A stretch of DNA of 64,000 nt from Schizochytrium sp. TIO01 (taxonomy: Eukaryota > Protista > Bigyra: Labyrinthulomycetes). Position numbers and translations under genes: made by a program. Below are positions 11,614 to 21,529 of this stretch, in pieces. Where the stretch lies: assembly GCA_004764695.1 (NCBI GenBank), contig SMSO01000031.1, forward strand, positions 6,058,761 through 6,122,760, given 5' to 3'. Below the pieces are notes generated by a model. The model searched no databases and had not been told where the DNA came from. It was given only the letters and a program-made list of their open reading frames with translations. Each line of letters opens with the position of its first letter. Within the stretch, counting starts at the first letter, position 1.

Positions 11614-14136
11614 TCATACTGCCTCCCCTTGGGCTGGAGGAGCATACTCCTGGGTGCCGAATTCATCGTTCCACTTGATGTAGAATCGCAGATCCTCCTG
11701 AGATACACTTGCTCGAATACTACGGAGAGCCACCCTGAAGTCCTGGAAGCAAATAGGTCTTAACTTACCAGACACAGCATCTGGATCGTCAGCCTGACGA
11801 CGGTGACGCATCTTATCTCGTAATGGACCCATGGAGGCTTCTCGTGCAAGATTGGTCACATCTGCTCCACTGTACCCCTCTGTTTGGGTGCACAATGAGC
11901 TAATTTCCTCTTCCGTAATGCTATGTTCATTTTTGCTGAGAAGTTTACGAAGAAGCGCCAAGCGTGTTACATCATCTGGCAAAGGAATATAGAGGCGCTT
12001 GATAAAACGTCTTCGTGCTGCCTCATCAAGTTCCTGAGGGCGGTTTGTGGCTCCGATGACTAGGACGCGCTCGCCAGAACTTGTAGCGGCACCATCAAGT
12101 TGCACAAGAAATTCAGTTTTGATACGCCGTGATGATTCATTCTCGTCTGCTGTGCGCTGGGTAAGTAACGAGTCAACTTCGTCGATAAATACTACCGAAG
12201 GCTGTTTCACCGCAGCAACACCAAACAGCGCACGAACAGTTTTCTCACCTTCACCAATCCATTTTGATGTCAGAGACGACGCAGAAATGCTAAAGAAGGT
12301 TGCGTTGACCTCATGCGCAATAGCTTTACCAATTAGCGTTTTTCCTGTCCCAGGAGGACCGAAAAGGAGTAGGCCCTTGGGCAGCTGGCGCAAACCAGTG
12401 TAATACTCGGGATTTCGCAACGGCCAGACAACGATTTCCTCAATGTTTTCTTTAGCAAATCGAAGTCCCGCAATGTCATCAAAGGTAACTGGGTCTCCTG
12501 TCTGAAGAACTTCGCTTTCGATACGCTCAATGAGAGCGGGATCTAGTCCTCGTAGGCGCGGCTCATCAAGATATTCTTGTGGCAAACCGCCTTCCTGACC
12601 GTTCGCGGCTCCGTCTCCTCCATTTTGATCATTTGCCTGATCTGCTAGAGCTCGTTTGATTGCTTTGCCCGCATTAAACGTGGGTCCTCCACCACCAGCT
12701 CCTCCCGGTCGCCCTCCAAGTCGACCCCCCGGTGCCCCAGATGCTCCTCCACCTCCTGAAGGTAAACGACGGCCACCTTGCTGACCGGGCCCCGTATTTT
12801 CGTCAACTCTTGCAGGTGGTCTGAACCCCCTGCGTCTTTTCATGGGTTTACCACCATACCCATTCATGCTTGAGTCATCGTCATCGGAGTTAACGCGGCG
12901 TGAAATCTGCGTTGGCGCCCCCGGGCGCTTAAAAGGAACCCCACGTCTTGCATTATTTTGCTGCAGCTTCGACAAGGCAGAGACAAAGCCAGTTTCTGCA
13001 TTCTCATCTTCACCTTGACCAAAATCATCTTCTCCATGTTGATCGTACAGATCGTTTTGGGGCCTTTGCGGGTATGCCTGGTGTGAAGCCCCTGGTGGAG
13101 CACGAGCCCATGCAGCAGGTTGTGGTCTTCTCCCGCCACGACGCGCGCGCCCACAATTTCCTGCATCTCCGTCTCCATCGTCGCCGTTAATACCTCTGCT
13201 TCCAAAGCTGTTACTATTATTGGCATGGTTTCCATGACTCTGGCCGTTATTGAACCCCATCGTAGTAAAACCTGGTCGAGAAGGCGGAGCGGAGAGTCGC
13301 CCTGACCTTGCCGTCGCTCCCAACTCGTCGTTGTCAATACCGGGACGCTGCAACAATTCCGTAAGGGATGTATCACCTATGTCCCTCTTTTGAGGCTGAA
13401 AGGACTGTTGTTGCTGCTGAGCTTTTGCTGCCGCAGTTGCACGCTTAGTTTGTTCCTCAACCTGAGCCTTCTTTACTGCTTCCCTATCCTTACACAGCTC
13501 CAGTAACATATCGTCCAATTTTTTCTCAACATCTTCCCCAAAGCCTACCTGGCTTTCAGTTCTTTCGCCATCATACACCAACATCTCCCTTTCGACGGCG
13601 CTTAACTCCGAAACTTTACAATCCTTCTCCGCAAGCCTCTTTTCTGCGGCTCTGATATTTGCAACATCCATTTTGAGAGCATCTCCATACGCTAGTCTGC
13701 GCTGGGCTTCTGTCACAGCTGCGATAGCCAGCGACGTTTCGAGACCGCCTCTGCCAAGTTCTGTTCGTAATATTGATCCTCGAATGCCGGAGTCTACGCC
13801 AGCATTCCCCCAGCAGTCTGAGAGCACACGTTGCATCCCCGTGGCATTTTGCTCCCATGGCATCGTTGCTTTGTTTCTGTTGTCATCGCGCTCAGAATTT
13901 GAGGTTGACTTGAATTCCACATTTTTGCCGTTTCCTGTTCTAGATGAGGCATCCTCGCACATGTTTGCTGTTCTCTCTGCGCTTGCCGCTACCCTCATCA
14001 TCAGCTCAGCTGCGTCGGCGCCGCGAAGTTGCTTAGCGTTGCCGCCATCGCCATCGCCATCGCCATCGCCGTCAGTGAAAACCTGCCGACCCTGGTCAGC
14101 TTCGAGCCTGCTGCCGGCGTCTTGCTCCAGCCCCAT
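11614..14136 (-). CDS. FIGNL1: Fidgetin-like 1 AAA+ ATPase (first ATG 14136; frame is open to TTG 14238, so the true start is uncertain)
   Basis: AAA domain with GLLLFGPPGTGKTLIGKAIA, ISASSLTSKWIGEGEK, VFIDEVDSLL, GATNRPQELDEAARRR. Also VTFDDIAGL..AKENIEEIVVWP, an FRPP motif and a WNDEFG C-terminus typical of FIGNL1. Confidence 0.88.
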   Translation of the reverse strand: MGLEQDAGSRLEADQGRQVFTDGDGDGDGDGGNAKQLRGADAAELMMRVAASAERTANMCEDASSRTGNGKNVEFKSTSNSERDDNRNKATMPWEQNATGMQRVLSDCWGNAGVDSGIRGSILRTELGRGGLETSLAIAAVTEAQRRLAYGDALKMDVANIRAAEKRLAEKDCKVSELSAVEREMLVYDGERTESQVGFGEDVEKKLDDMLLELCKDREAVKKAQVEEQTKRATAAAKAQQQQQSFQPQKRDIGDTSLTELLQRPGIDNDELGATARSGRLSAPPSRPGFTTMGFNNGQSHGNHANNSNSFGSRGINGDDGDGDAGNCGRARRGGRRPQPAAWARAPPGASHQAYPQRPQNDLYDQHGEDDFGQGEDENAETGFVSALSKLQQNNARRGVPFKRPGAPTQISRRVNSDDDDSSMNGYGGKPMKRRRGFRPPARVDENTGPGQQGGRRLPSGGGGASGAPGGRLGGRPGGAGGGGPTFNAGKAIKRALADQANDQNGGDGAANGQEGGLPQEYLDEPRLRGLDPALIERIESEVLQTGDPVTFDDIAGLRFAKENIEEIVVWPLRNPEYYTGLRQLPKGLLLFGPPGTGKTLIGKAIAHEVNATFFSISASSLTSKWIGEGEKTVRALFGVAAVKQPSVVFIDEVDSLLTQRTADENESSRRIKTEFLVQLDGAATSSGERVLVIGATNRPQELDEAARRRFIKRLYIPLPDDVTRLALLRKLLSKNEHSITEEEISSLCTQTEGYSGADVTNLAREASMGPLRDKMRHRRQADDPDAVSGKLRPICFQDFRVALRSIRASVSQEDLRFYIKWNDEFGTQEYAPPAQGEAV

Positions 14137-14678
14137 GCCGTCGCCGCGGAGTACCGACCCCCGCCGCTCGCGAGCAGCTCGCCGTCGACCAACGCAGTCC
14201 AGGTGCTTCGGTTTGCGGTTCTGCTGTTTTTCAGCCAAAGGAGGTTTTCATGTGACCGCCGTCATTGTAAAAACCATTATAATCGTCACATTCTCATTTA
14301 TCCCTTTAATATTCATGCAGAAATCCCGTTCCGTGGGCATTTGAAGCACCATTCAGGTTTGCACAGAGCCTCAAGTGCACGCGAGGCCTATGGTCTGCTG
14401 CAGGATCCAGCGTCAGGTTGCTTCGAAGCTTTCTCGATCCCTGCGACTTCGCAGTTGCGGATGAACGAGAGTCCCAGTTTCGCATTCGCGACTCTTTGTG
14501 GCGATTTTGATTGATTTTTGAATTCGAATAAATGATGAGAATCGATAATATTTGAAAAGCTTTCTGTTTTGGTCGTTATGTAATTTGTATAAGTTTAGTA
14601 GTGGGTGCTATGGTTTAGGTTAGGAGGTCGTCTTCTCGATAGAACAGTTTTGCCAATCCTATATCTCATTCAAATTCT

Positions 14679-14706
14679 AATTCGAATTCGAATTCGAATT
14701 CGAATT
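14679..14706. repeat. Self-complementary (AATTCG)n hexamer repeat, 28-bp perfect palindrome
   Basis: AATTCGAATTCGAATTCGAATTCGAATT read directly. Confidence 0.85.
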
Positions 14707-15182
14707 TCTGCTATTCAATTCTGTTTCTTCAGGCCTGGAGGAACCGATGCGCTTGAGCAGACACGAAAGCGGACACTGGCGCAACGGCACCAAGACAGGA
14801 GCTGGGGCTGCGACCCTCGCTCACAGCAACTCCGCAGACGCGTTCATTCCTCGTACCTTGAACTTGATGGTGTTCGGATTTTGAAGAATCTCTTCGAGGC
14901 GGGTTTGATAGTACCTCTGGAGGTACATGGTGTCTTAGGTTTAAGAGCGAGAGGACCTTGCTGGGTCCTCGAGATGGAGAACTCCGTCATTGACGAGGCT
15001 AGGTCCCTGAAGTTCCCGCAGATACTTAGCGCTCCACTCCGACGGTTAACTTTGTAGTCCTCTCGTCCTAGACTTTGTTTCTTAGTAGTACCAATTTTTA
15101 AGTCGCCAAAAGGAGACTCTCAACCCAAAACCCTTACTGTGTATGTGCGTGGAGTTGCCTTTCGAAAGGCTCTGCCTCCATC

Positions 15183-16502
15183 ATGAGCTCCTCTTCCCCG
15201 CCTTCTCCTTCCCTTGTCGAGCTGGATATTGCTGTTCTCGCTTCTGCTATTGAATCCCTTTCGTCCTCATCGCCCTCCGCTGATTTGTCCAAGGACGCCT
15301 TGGCGGCTCTGGACGCCATAGAAAGCGCATTCGGCCCCGACGGTCTGGGCGCTGTGGCAGTGCGTGGCGTCCCCGGCTTTCCCTCTGCGAGACGGCGTCT
15401 ACTTCCTCTGGCTCGGCAATTGGCTGCTCTCCCTAGTGCCGAACTCGCGGCGCTTGAGGTACCTGAGAGGCACTATCAGTTTGGATGGTCTCATGGTAAG
15501 GAAACCCTCGAAGACGGCAGCGCCGATCTACGCAAGGGCTCCTTCTACGCGAATCCTTTTGGGAGTAACTCTTTGTTTACTAGACATAAAAGTCTGGCTA
15601 GTCATAGTGGAGGCATTGGCAAGACTGATCAGGAATGTGATCAAAACAACGCTAAAGAACTCCACAACAAAGATCTCGGTCTTGACCAAGGTTGTCACAC
15701 TAGCCAAAACATTAAGCCTGACAATATGGAAGGCCTAGACGCGGATGCCCACTTGTCGGCTGCGCACAATGTGTGGCCAGAGAATTCTTTGCCAGAGCTG
15801 AGGGATGCTGTGGAGACTGTGAGCGAGATGATGCGTGAAACGGCGGCGCTGTTGGCAAGAGTTTGCGATGCGCATTTACTGAGACATGGTGTGGCGAATA
15901 GCAAACCACTAGCAAGAGTCACGTCTAGCCCGACAGCAGCCAAGGGAAGGCTTCTCTACTATTTTCCCTCGAAAGAGGCTTCCAACAAGGAGAGTACGGA
16001 GCTCCATCGGCAGCAGGAGAATTGGTGCGGATGGCACCGCGACCATGGTTCCATCACATGTTTAACAAAAGCCATGTACTTCGATGAGACAAATGATCTG
16101 GATAGCAGGACAGAGGTTGCCAATGTACAGGATCATCTCCGAATTCGCACACGCTCTGGTCTAGAGGTATCAGTGCAGATTCCCGAGGACTGTATTGCTT
16201 TTCAAATCGGTCAGGCTGCTCAAGTAGAAAGCGGATGCTGGCTCATGGCTACTCCTCATGCAGTCTCCATGACACCGCAACCACACCTATCCCGTTGTAC
16301 ATACGCGCTCTTCCTACAGCCTTCAGGGAGCGATGTTCTGCAATTTCCCACCTCTAGAGCACCAGGTGTGCCGATGCCGCCGCAATATCAAGATTGCATG
16401 ACCTTTGGGGCATTTACACAGGCTACACTTAATATGATTTACCGTCATGAGGATGATACCCAAAAAGCCAAAGTCACGGGTGCTAAAAACGCAAAGCTTT
16501 AG
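15183..16502 (+). CDS. 2-oxoglutarate/Fe(II)-dependent dioxygenase (DIOX/IPNS-like small-molecule type)
   Basis: HxD...H...RxT motifs (GWHRDHGSIT, ATPHAV, SRCTYALF) and conserved N-terminal AFGPDGLG..VRGVP, FGWSHGKE, KGSFYANP. Confidence 0.85.
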   Translation: MSSSSPPSPSLVELDIAVLASAIESLSSSSPSADLSKDALAALDAIESAFGPDGLGAVAVRGVPGFPSARRRLLPLARQLAALPSAELAALEVPERHYQFGWSHGKETLEDGSADLRKGSFYANPFGSNSLFTRHKSLASHSGGIGKTDQECDQNNAKELHNKDLGLDQGCHTSQNIKPDNMEGLDADAHLSAAHNVWPENSLPELRDAVETVSEMMRETAALLARVCDAHLLRHGVANSKPLARVTSSPTAAKGRLLYYFPSKEASNKESTELHRQQENWCGWHRDHGSITCLTKAMYFDETNDLDSRTEVANVQDHLRIRTRSGLEVSVQIPEDCIAFQIGQAAQVESGCWLMATPHAVSMTPQPHLSRCTYALFLQPSGSDVLQFPTSRAPGVPMPPQYQDCMTFGAFTQATLNMIYRHEDDTQKAKVTGAKNAKL

Positions 16503-16904
16503 GGTGAAATGGCGTATTGCACTTGGTGGCCTTTCTGCCAAAGCATCTCGTCCCCCAGTCGTTCGGGAGAACGAGCATCTATTACTAGCCAACAAATTCT
16601 CAAGACCAGACTTGCAACCAGGTAATATAATTTTGTTCTATTCGTTTTATTTTAAATGTTTTTTTCAAAGATCTGTCATCCACATTTAGCAAGAACTACC
16701 CGTTATTTAAGATTTGATATTCATCAAAATGAGTACATCAAATTAAAGCATTAGATGATATGTTAGGTACCTGGGTCTGGGCAAGCTTCGAAGTAGTTTT
16801 TTCTGCACTTTCCCTCGCTCTTTTAGTAACGCGTTTCATTCGTTTGGTTCCGTCAGCATTGTAAAGAATATAAAAATATAGAGAATAAAATTTATGGAAT
16901 CGGT

Positions 16905-18722
16905 TTAAAGTTTTGATGCCTTTCTCAGAGAATAGAGAGAAATGACTTCAGTAGAACGCAAGTCATGTAAAGTCAACTCACGGCCCTCTGTGTGTAGTTT
17001 AGGGTTCTTGACAGGAGCATCAATCTTCTCCACGACCTCCAAGTTGTGCTTTTCAAAGAGTTCTGAAAGATAATTTCCTGAACGCAGTGAAATTTTCTCA
17101 GCAAGATCAGACATGAACAGGTAGATCCGACCAGTATCTGGCTTGATCTGGGAAGCCGCAGCCTTCAGAAAGCGAGGTAAGAATTGTCCATTTTCATCAT
17201 AAATTGCAGAGCTCAAAACGGAGCCTGCTCGACCAGGAATCCAAGGAGGATTACATATGATTGCTTCGACGTCCCCCTTTACATCAGGCGGCAAAAGTGG
17301 AGCGTGAATTAGTTGAGCGCGATCCGCTAGGCCAAGGGCCGCCAATGTATCATGAGTATTTTTGACAGCACGTGGGTTCGTATCTGTGCCAATGATTTTC
17401 GATACCCCGCATTTTGATAGTAACATTGCAGTGAGAACGCCTGTTCCTGTGCCAACCTCAATGACCTGGCTGAGACCCTTCGGGAATTTGATTTCTTTCA
17501 AAAGAGGTACGTACTCCTGGCGAGTTGGAGGGAATACACTGTACTCTGGGTAAATGCGAAAGTCGTTCTTCCCCAGGGCGGGAACCTCGATACCCGTCTT
17601 ATTCCAATGCATACCACTTTGCATACCGATGAACTCAGGAAAGGGTATAAGAAACTGGCGATTGGCAAACTCGTCTCCAAGTGCGTATTTTAACACGTCC
17701 TGGCTATCTTTCGGAGGGTTTTTCGCACGAAGTTCAAAATTGGGACCTACCTCAAGCATCAATAGAGACGTCCGCGCAGTCAATTCAGCTCGCTTGCGCC
17801 GAAGGGAGTTAAACGTGTCCAAAGGAGTATCATAGCGCATGCGTTTTTCGAAGCGATTGTTGAACTCTTTCGATACCCCTGTTAAGAGAAGTCGACCCTG
17901 CTGAAAGTCTCCACGCCATATCGCTCCGCGCGATTCGCTGAACTGAGCGACAATTGCGTTCTTACGAGTCATCTCGTAAAGTGTTGAGACTTCTTTTGGA
18001 GGGCGGAAACGCAATTTGGATGAAACTACCTCCATTGTTGCGCTGTCCTCTCCTGCCTTTGTCGTCTCAAAGATAGTAAAGATACCTTCCAAAGAGAGCT
18101 GGCCTTTGGCTTTCTTGGGCCTTTTACTTTGGGGCCTGGGTTGGCCCTTTTCATTGTTAAGAGATGTTGCCTCGACTGGAGGCCTCAATAGCTCTACGGG
18201 AGAATCCTCGTCAGAAACCTTTGAATTTGTAGCCTGCTTTACGCCGTCCTCATCCTCACGAATGTTGTTGCCATTCTTGCTTGTAGTTTCCATAGAGTCT
18301 CTGATGGAACTGTCTTTTTGATTGACAAATTTGGAGGAATTACTTTGTTCTACTTCATTGCTTTCGAGGTTAGCTTCTCTGGACGTATTCTTGGCAAGTG
18401 CTCCATGAGGAGCAACAAGAGGCATGTGGTTATTCTCGTGCAAGTCATTTAAGTCCCTTCCCTCGACTAATGCGTTAACGTTTTGAGAAGTAGCACTTGA
18501 TACAGAGACGCTGGGTGTCTCTGGGAAGCTTGGAGCTCCGGCGGTGTTGCCAGGGGTATTGGCATCAGCAGCTGTACTAGCTTTGGCTGCGGCAGAGGTG
18601 GATGGTGAGGTTGCCTCTTTAGAGAACGCTCTCCACCTCTGCTGACCCCCATAACGAGAACTGGGTTGTAAAATCTCACATCCGCTCCATTGAATGCGAG
18701 CAAGCACCCAGGAGCGACGCAT
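16905..18722 (-). CDS. Class I SAM-dependent methyltransferase (methyltransferase-small / HemK-RsmC-like, NPPW), probable mitochondrial presequence
   Basis: VIEVGTGTGVL motif I, IIGTDTNPRAV and IICNPPWIP. Arg/Ser-rich, acid-poor N-terminus followed by a low-complexity linker. Confidence 0.82.
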   Translation of the reverse strand: MRRSWVLARIQWSGCEILQPSSRYGGQQRWRAFSKEATSPSTSAAAKASTAADANTPGNTAGAPSFPETPSVSVSSATSQNVNALVEGRDLNDLHENNHMPLVAPHGALAKNTSREANLESNEVEQSNSSKFVNQKDSSIRDSMETTSKNGNNIREDEDGVKQATNSKVSDEDSPVELLRPPVEATSLNNEKGQPRPQSKRPKKAKGQLSLEGIFTIFETTKAGEDSATMEVVSSKLRFRPPKEVSTLYEMTRKNAIVAQFSESRGAIWRGDFQQGRLLLTGVSKEFNNRFEKRMRYDTPLDTFNSLRRKRAELTARTSLLMLEVGPNFELRAKNPPKDSQDVLKYALGDEFANRQFLIPFPEFIGMQSGMHWNKTGIEVPALGKNDFRIYPEYSVFPPTRQEYVPLLKEIKFPKGLSQVIEVGTGTGVLTAMLLSKCGVSKIIGTDTNPRAVKNTHDTLAALGLADRAQLIHAPLLPPDVKGDVEAIICNPPWIPGRAGSVLSSAIYDENGQFLPRFLKAAASQIKPDTGRIYLFMSDLAEKISLRSGNYLSELFEKHNLEVVEKIDAPVKNPKLHTEGRELTLHDLRSTEVISLYSLRKASKL

Positions 18723-19528
18723 GTTTGGATCTTCTTAGCAGACTAGCCAACGTTGTATTGAAGAGTACTGCTGCTTTTTCAGGTTTGCCAGCACCAGCGA
18801 ATTTTTGAGTCTTTTGATTGCTAGGGTGGTGTTAATAGTGACCATATAGTTAAAACTGTAGAAGTACAGCGTAGACAGCTACCACTAGATAGTTGAACCA
18901 AGTACTATTGCAACGAAGCATTCGAAAGTTGAGCACATTGGGGTTTTGAACTACGAGTTCAAATGTAATGTTTTCTTCTTGGCCCTGGATTTGATAGTTT
19001 TCAGTATGTTTGATATTTTTTTCCTTGCCAATTCAAGTTATTACAAAGAAGTGTCAAATGATAGTTGAGGTTTTAAGAGTTTTGTCGTTCTTGCTGGAGA
19101 CTACAGCTTCGTGAACAAACATAAAGCTAGCATTTTACGCATGGTGTTACCAAAAAAAAAAGTCACCCAAAAATATGAAAAGGTGTATCTGCCAAGTCAA
19201 AGTAGAGTACGGTTCACTATTCTGATGCCTAGACTTATGACATCGCCACTCTAGATGTCCACAAGAACGCTGTGAACTCAAATATACAGCTTTGACATTG
19301 AAGTCTATTTATTTTATAATTTGAGGGAAATTGCAAAGATGTATTACTCTATTTTAAAAAAAAGAAGATATCTTTGAAGTTTTGGTATCAATGGGGATAT
19401 TAAATTCAGAAAGAACCGACAATGGGGCTAGTTGGCTTTGGGATTTTTATTGAGCAGGTGCTTTCAGGTCACAGTCTAAAACTTTTTGTACACATCTTCA
19501 GACTCACATTTGAGTAAGACTCGGACAT

Positions 19529-21529
19529 TTACATGCAAACAGTAATGTCTGCAGTGCTATCGTAAATATCAAACGAGAAAGGAAGCTGGCACGCATCAGG
19601 AAGATCCGAAGAAGAGATAAGTTCTTCGGTATCATCAGAGTCGATATAGTAAACGCTAATGCCATCGTCTTCAGCGCGAACCAAGAATTGAGGCACCTCA
19701 TTAGCGCTGCCAATTTTAGATTTTTTGCTGGGTGAGAAGGACCCGGAGGATTTATAAAACTTTGTTTTTCCAGACATTGCCTTTTGAAGAGCAAAACGGA
19801 AGCTGCACTCCCAGTTGTTGATCTTGTTAGGGTCAGTGGGGGACTTTCTGTTGTCACCTGACCATTCGCCAAAGAACATCTGAAATGCCATGCCACCTGT
19901 AATGAGTGCCTGATCACCGTCCTCAGAGAGGGTAAATGCCTCCTGGGCCTCTGAGGCAGCAGATAATGTCGTGCACTCTGTAAGACTCTTGCTGACCTTA
20001 GAACGTCTGGTTGGATATGCCGTCGGAGACTTTGTCGTTGGGTACGGTGTGGGCATAGGCGTTGGCTTAGCTGTGGGCGCCTCAGAAGGGATTGACGTAG
20101 GCTTGGGTGTAGGTTCGCCGGTTGTAGGCTTGGGCGTGGGCTGTGCGGTGGTGGGTTCAGCCGTGGGCTGAGCGGTGGTGGGCTTAGCCGTGGGCTGTGC
20201 GGTGGTGGGCTTAGCCGTGGGCTTGGAGGTAGGCTCATCGGTTGTTGAATCGCCATCATCAAAGAGAGCAGATGGCACCTGCGGCAGTACATTTCCTGTT
20301 CCAGCGTAGTCGTCAGGGATCACCATTTCATCATAGATCGCATCATTGAACATCCCAGCAATAGCAGCGCATTTGTTCATTGAGTTCTTTTCGAGATACA
20401 TTGCAAGAATAGCCGACACAAGAGGAGCTGCGTAGGAAGTTCCGGACTTGTTGGTAGATACTGCCGAAGTTGAGTTCGTATTCGGGCAGACGACTGTTCC
20501 AGCCGCAAGGACATCTACAGAGCTACCCCAGTTGCTGTAAAGAGCCATCTCGGTTGCACTCCAAGGTTTAAGAGCACCAACAACGACCGGGCCACAGTTC
20601 TTTGCATTGCCACCTAGGCTTTGAGGGGAGTATAAAGAGGCGTCTTTCTTATAGTTGCCTGCCGCGATTACAATAATCAAGCCTGCTTCATCAGCATCAG
20701 TAAATGCCTGATTCATGGCTGTGCCTACACTTGAAACAGAAAGGTTAATGACTGCAGTCTCATCTACAGTAGTTCCACCAGATGGACTTTGCTGCTGCAC
20801 AATCCACGAGAGACCACCAATGATATCTGCAGAGCTACCACTACCGAGCCCATTCATTGCACGCACAGGAATGATGCTCGCATCCGAAGCGAGGCCATAC
20901 AAGGCACCAGCAGCTGCACCAGCAACACAGGTGCCATGACCATATGAATCGAGGTAAGGAGGGACATCTGGATTCGAGATGACGTTACCATCATCATCCT
21001 TGAACGAACCATAATTAACAGCGGAAAATCCTTCCAAAACACGATCTTCAAATTCCTCATGAGCGGCATACACACCAGTATCGATGACGTAAATCTTGAC
21101 ACCTGAGCCAGTATGCGAAGGCTTGTAAACACCTGATCCGGAAATCTGATCGTGCTCCTGCTGCATCTGAGTCGGGAGTGTTTGTGTTAGCTCGAAGACT
21201 TCGTCATAGACGACCGACGAGACACACGAATGATTTCCAAGCTTGTTCTTCACATATTCTCCGCCTTCAACAATGATATAGCACGACTTGCCGATCGGTG
21301 CTGAGCGTGCACCATTTCCTACCGAGCTTACCGACATAGCAAGCTCGATCTCTTCAAGACGGTACTTATCTGCAAGTCTTTTTATTCTTGTGCATGAGCA
21401 GGTTTCACTGCGAACAATCAACTTGTTGGTATCTTGCATGATCGTCATATCAGCAGAAGCACCGGTAGCACAGCTCATTAAAAACAGCACTACTGAACAA
21501 ATTGCCAAGGAGACATTATGGCGCACCAT
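19529..21529 (-). CDS. Secreted subtilisin-like (S8, proteinase K type) serine protease with Pro/Thr linker and C-terminal domain
   Basis: Signal peptide and prodomain. Catalytic triad YVIDTG, GHGTCVAG, SGTSYAAP and oxyanion AAGN. Confidence 0.92.
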   Translation of the reverse strand: MVRHNVSLAICSVVLFLMSCATGASADMTIMQDTNKLIVRSETCSCTRIKRLADKYRLEEIELAMSVSSVGNGARSAPIGKSCYIIVEGGEYVKNKLGNHSCVSSVVYDEVFELTQTLPTQMQQEHDQISGSGVYKPSHTGSGVKIYVIDTGVYAAHEEFEDRVLEGFSAVNYGSFKDDDGNVISNPDVPPYLDSYGHGTCVAGAAAGALYGLASDASIIPVRAMNGLGSGSSADIIGGLSWIVQQQSPSGGTTVDETAVINLSVSSVGTAMNQAFTDADEAGLIIVIAAGNYKKDASLYSPQSLGGNAKNCGPVVVGALKPWSATEMALYSNWGSSVDVLAAGTVVCPNTNSTSAVSTNKSGTSYAAPLVSAILAMYLEKNSMNKCAAIAGMFNDAIYDEMVIPDDYAGTGNVLPQVPSALFDDGDSTTDEPTSKPTAKPTTAQPTAKPTTAQPTAEPTTAQPTPKPTTGEPTPKPTSIPSEAPTAKPTPMPTPYPTTKSPTAYPTRRSKVSKSLTECTTLSAASEAQEAFTLSEDGDQALITGGMAFQMFFGEWSGDNRKSPTDPNKINNWECSFRFALQKAMSGKTKFYKSSGSFSPSKKSKIGSANEVPQFLVRAEDDGISVYYIDSDDTEELISSSDLPDACQLPFSFDIYDSTADITVCM
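20030..20245 (-). repeat. Coding tandem repeat PTA(K/E)PTTAQ, Pro/Thr-rich linker of the subtilisin
   Basis: Repeated 27-bp unit GCCGTGGGCTG(T/A)GCGGTGGTGGG on the + strand, translating PTAKPTTAQ. Confidence 0.85.

Noticed and set aside
1-14136. MMS19 + FIGNL1 as a genome-maintenance cluster linked to the helicase array
   Set aside because: They are interspersed with unrelated genes; eukaryotic adjacency alone is not evidence of a functional link.
13673-14344. Long antisense/overlapping ORFs (also 19504-20292, 36004-36594, 38369-38977, 40752-41486)
   Set aside because: Shadow frames of GC-rich or repetitive real CDS, with no independent motifs.
15183-16502. 2OG-Fe(II) dioxygenase as the TET/JBP partner of the GREB1-like glycosyltransferases
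   Set aside because: Its motifs are those of the DIOX/IPNS-like small-molecule oxygenases, not TET/JBP, and it lies 13 kb away among unrelated genes.
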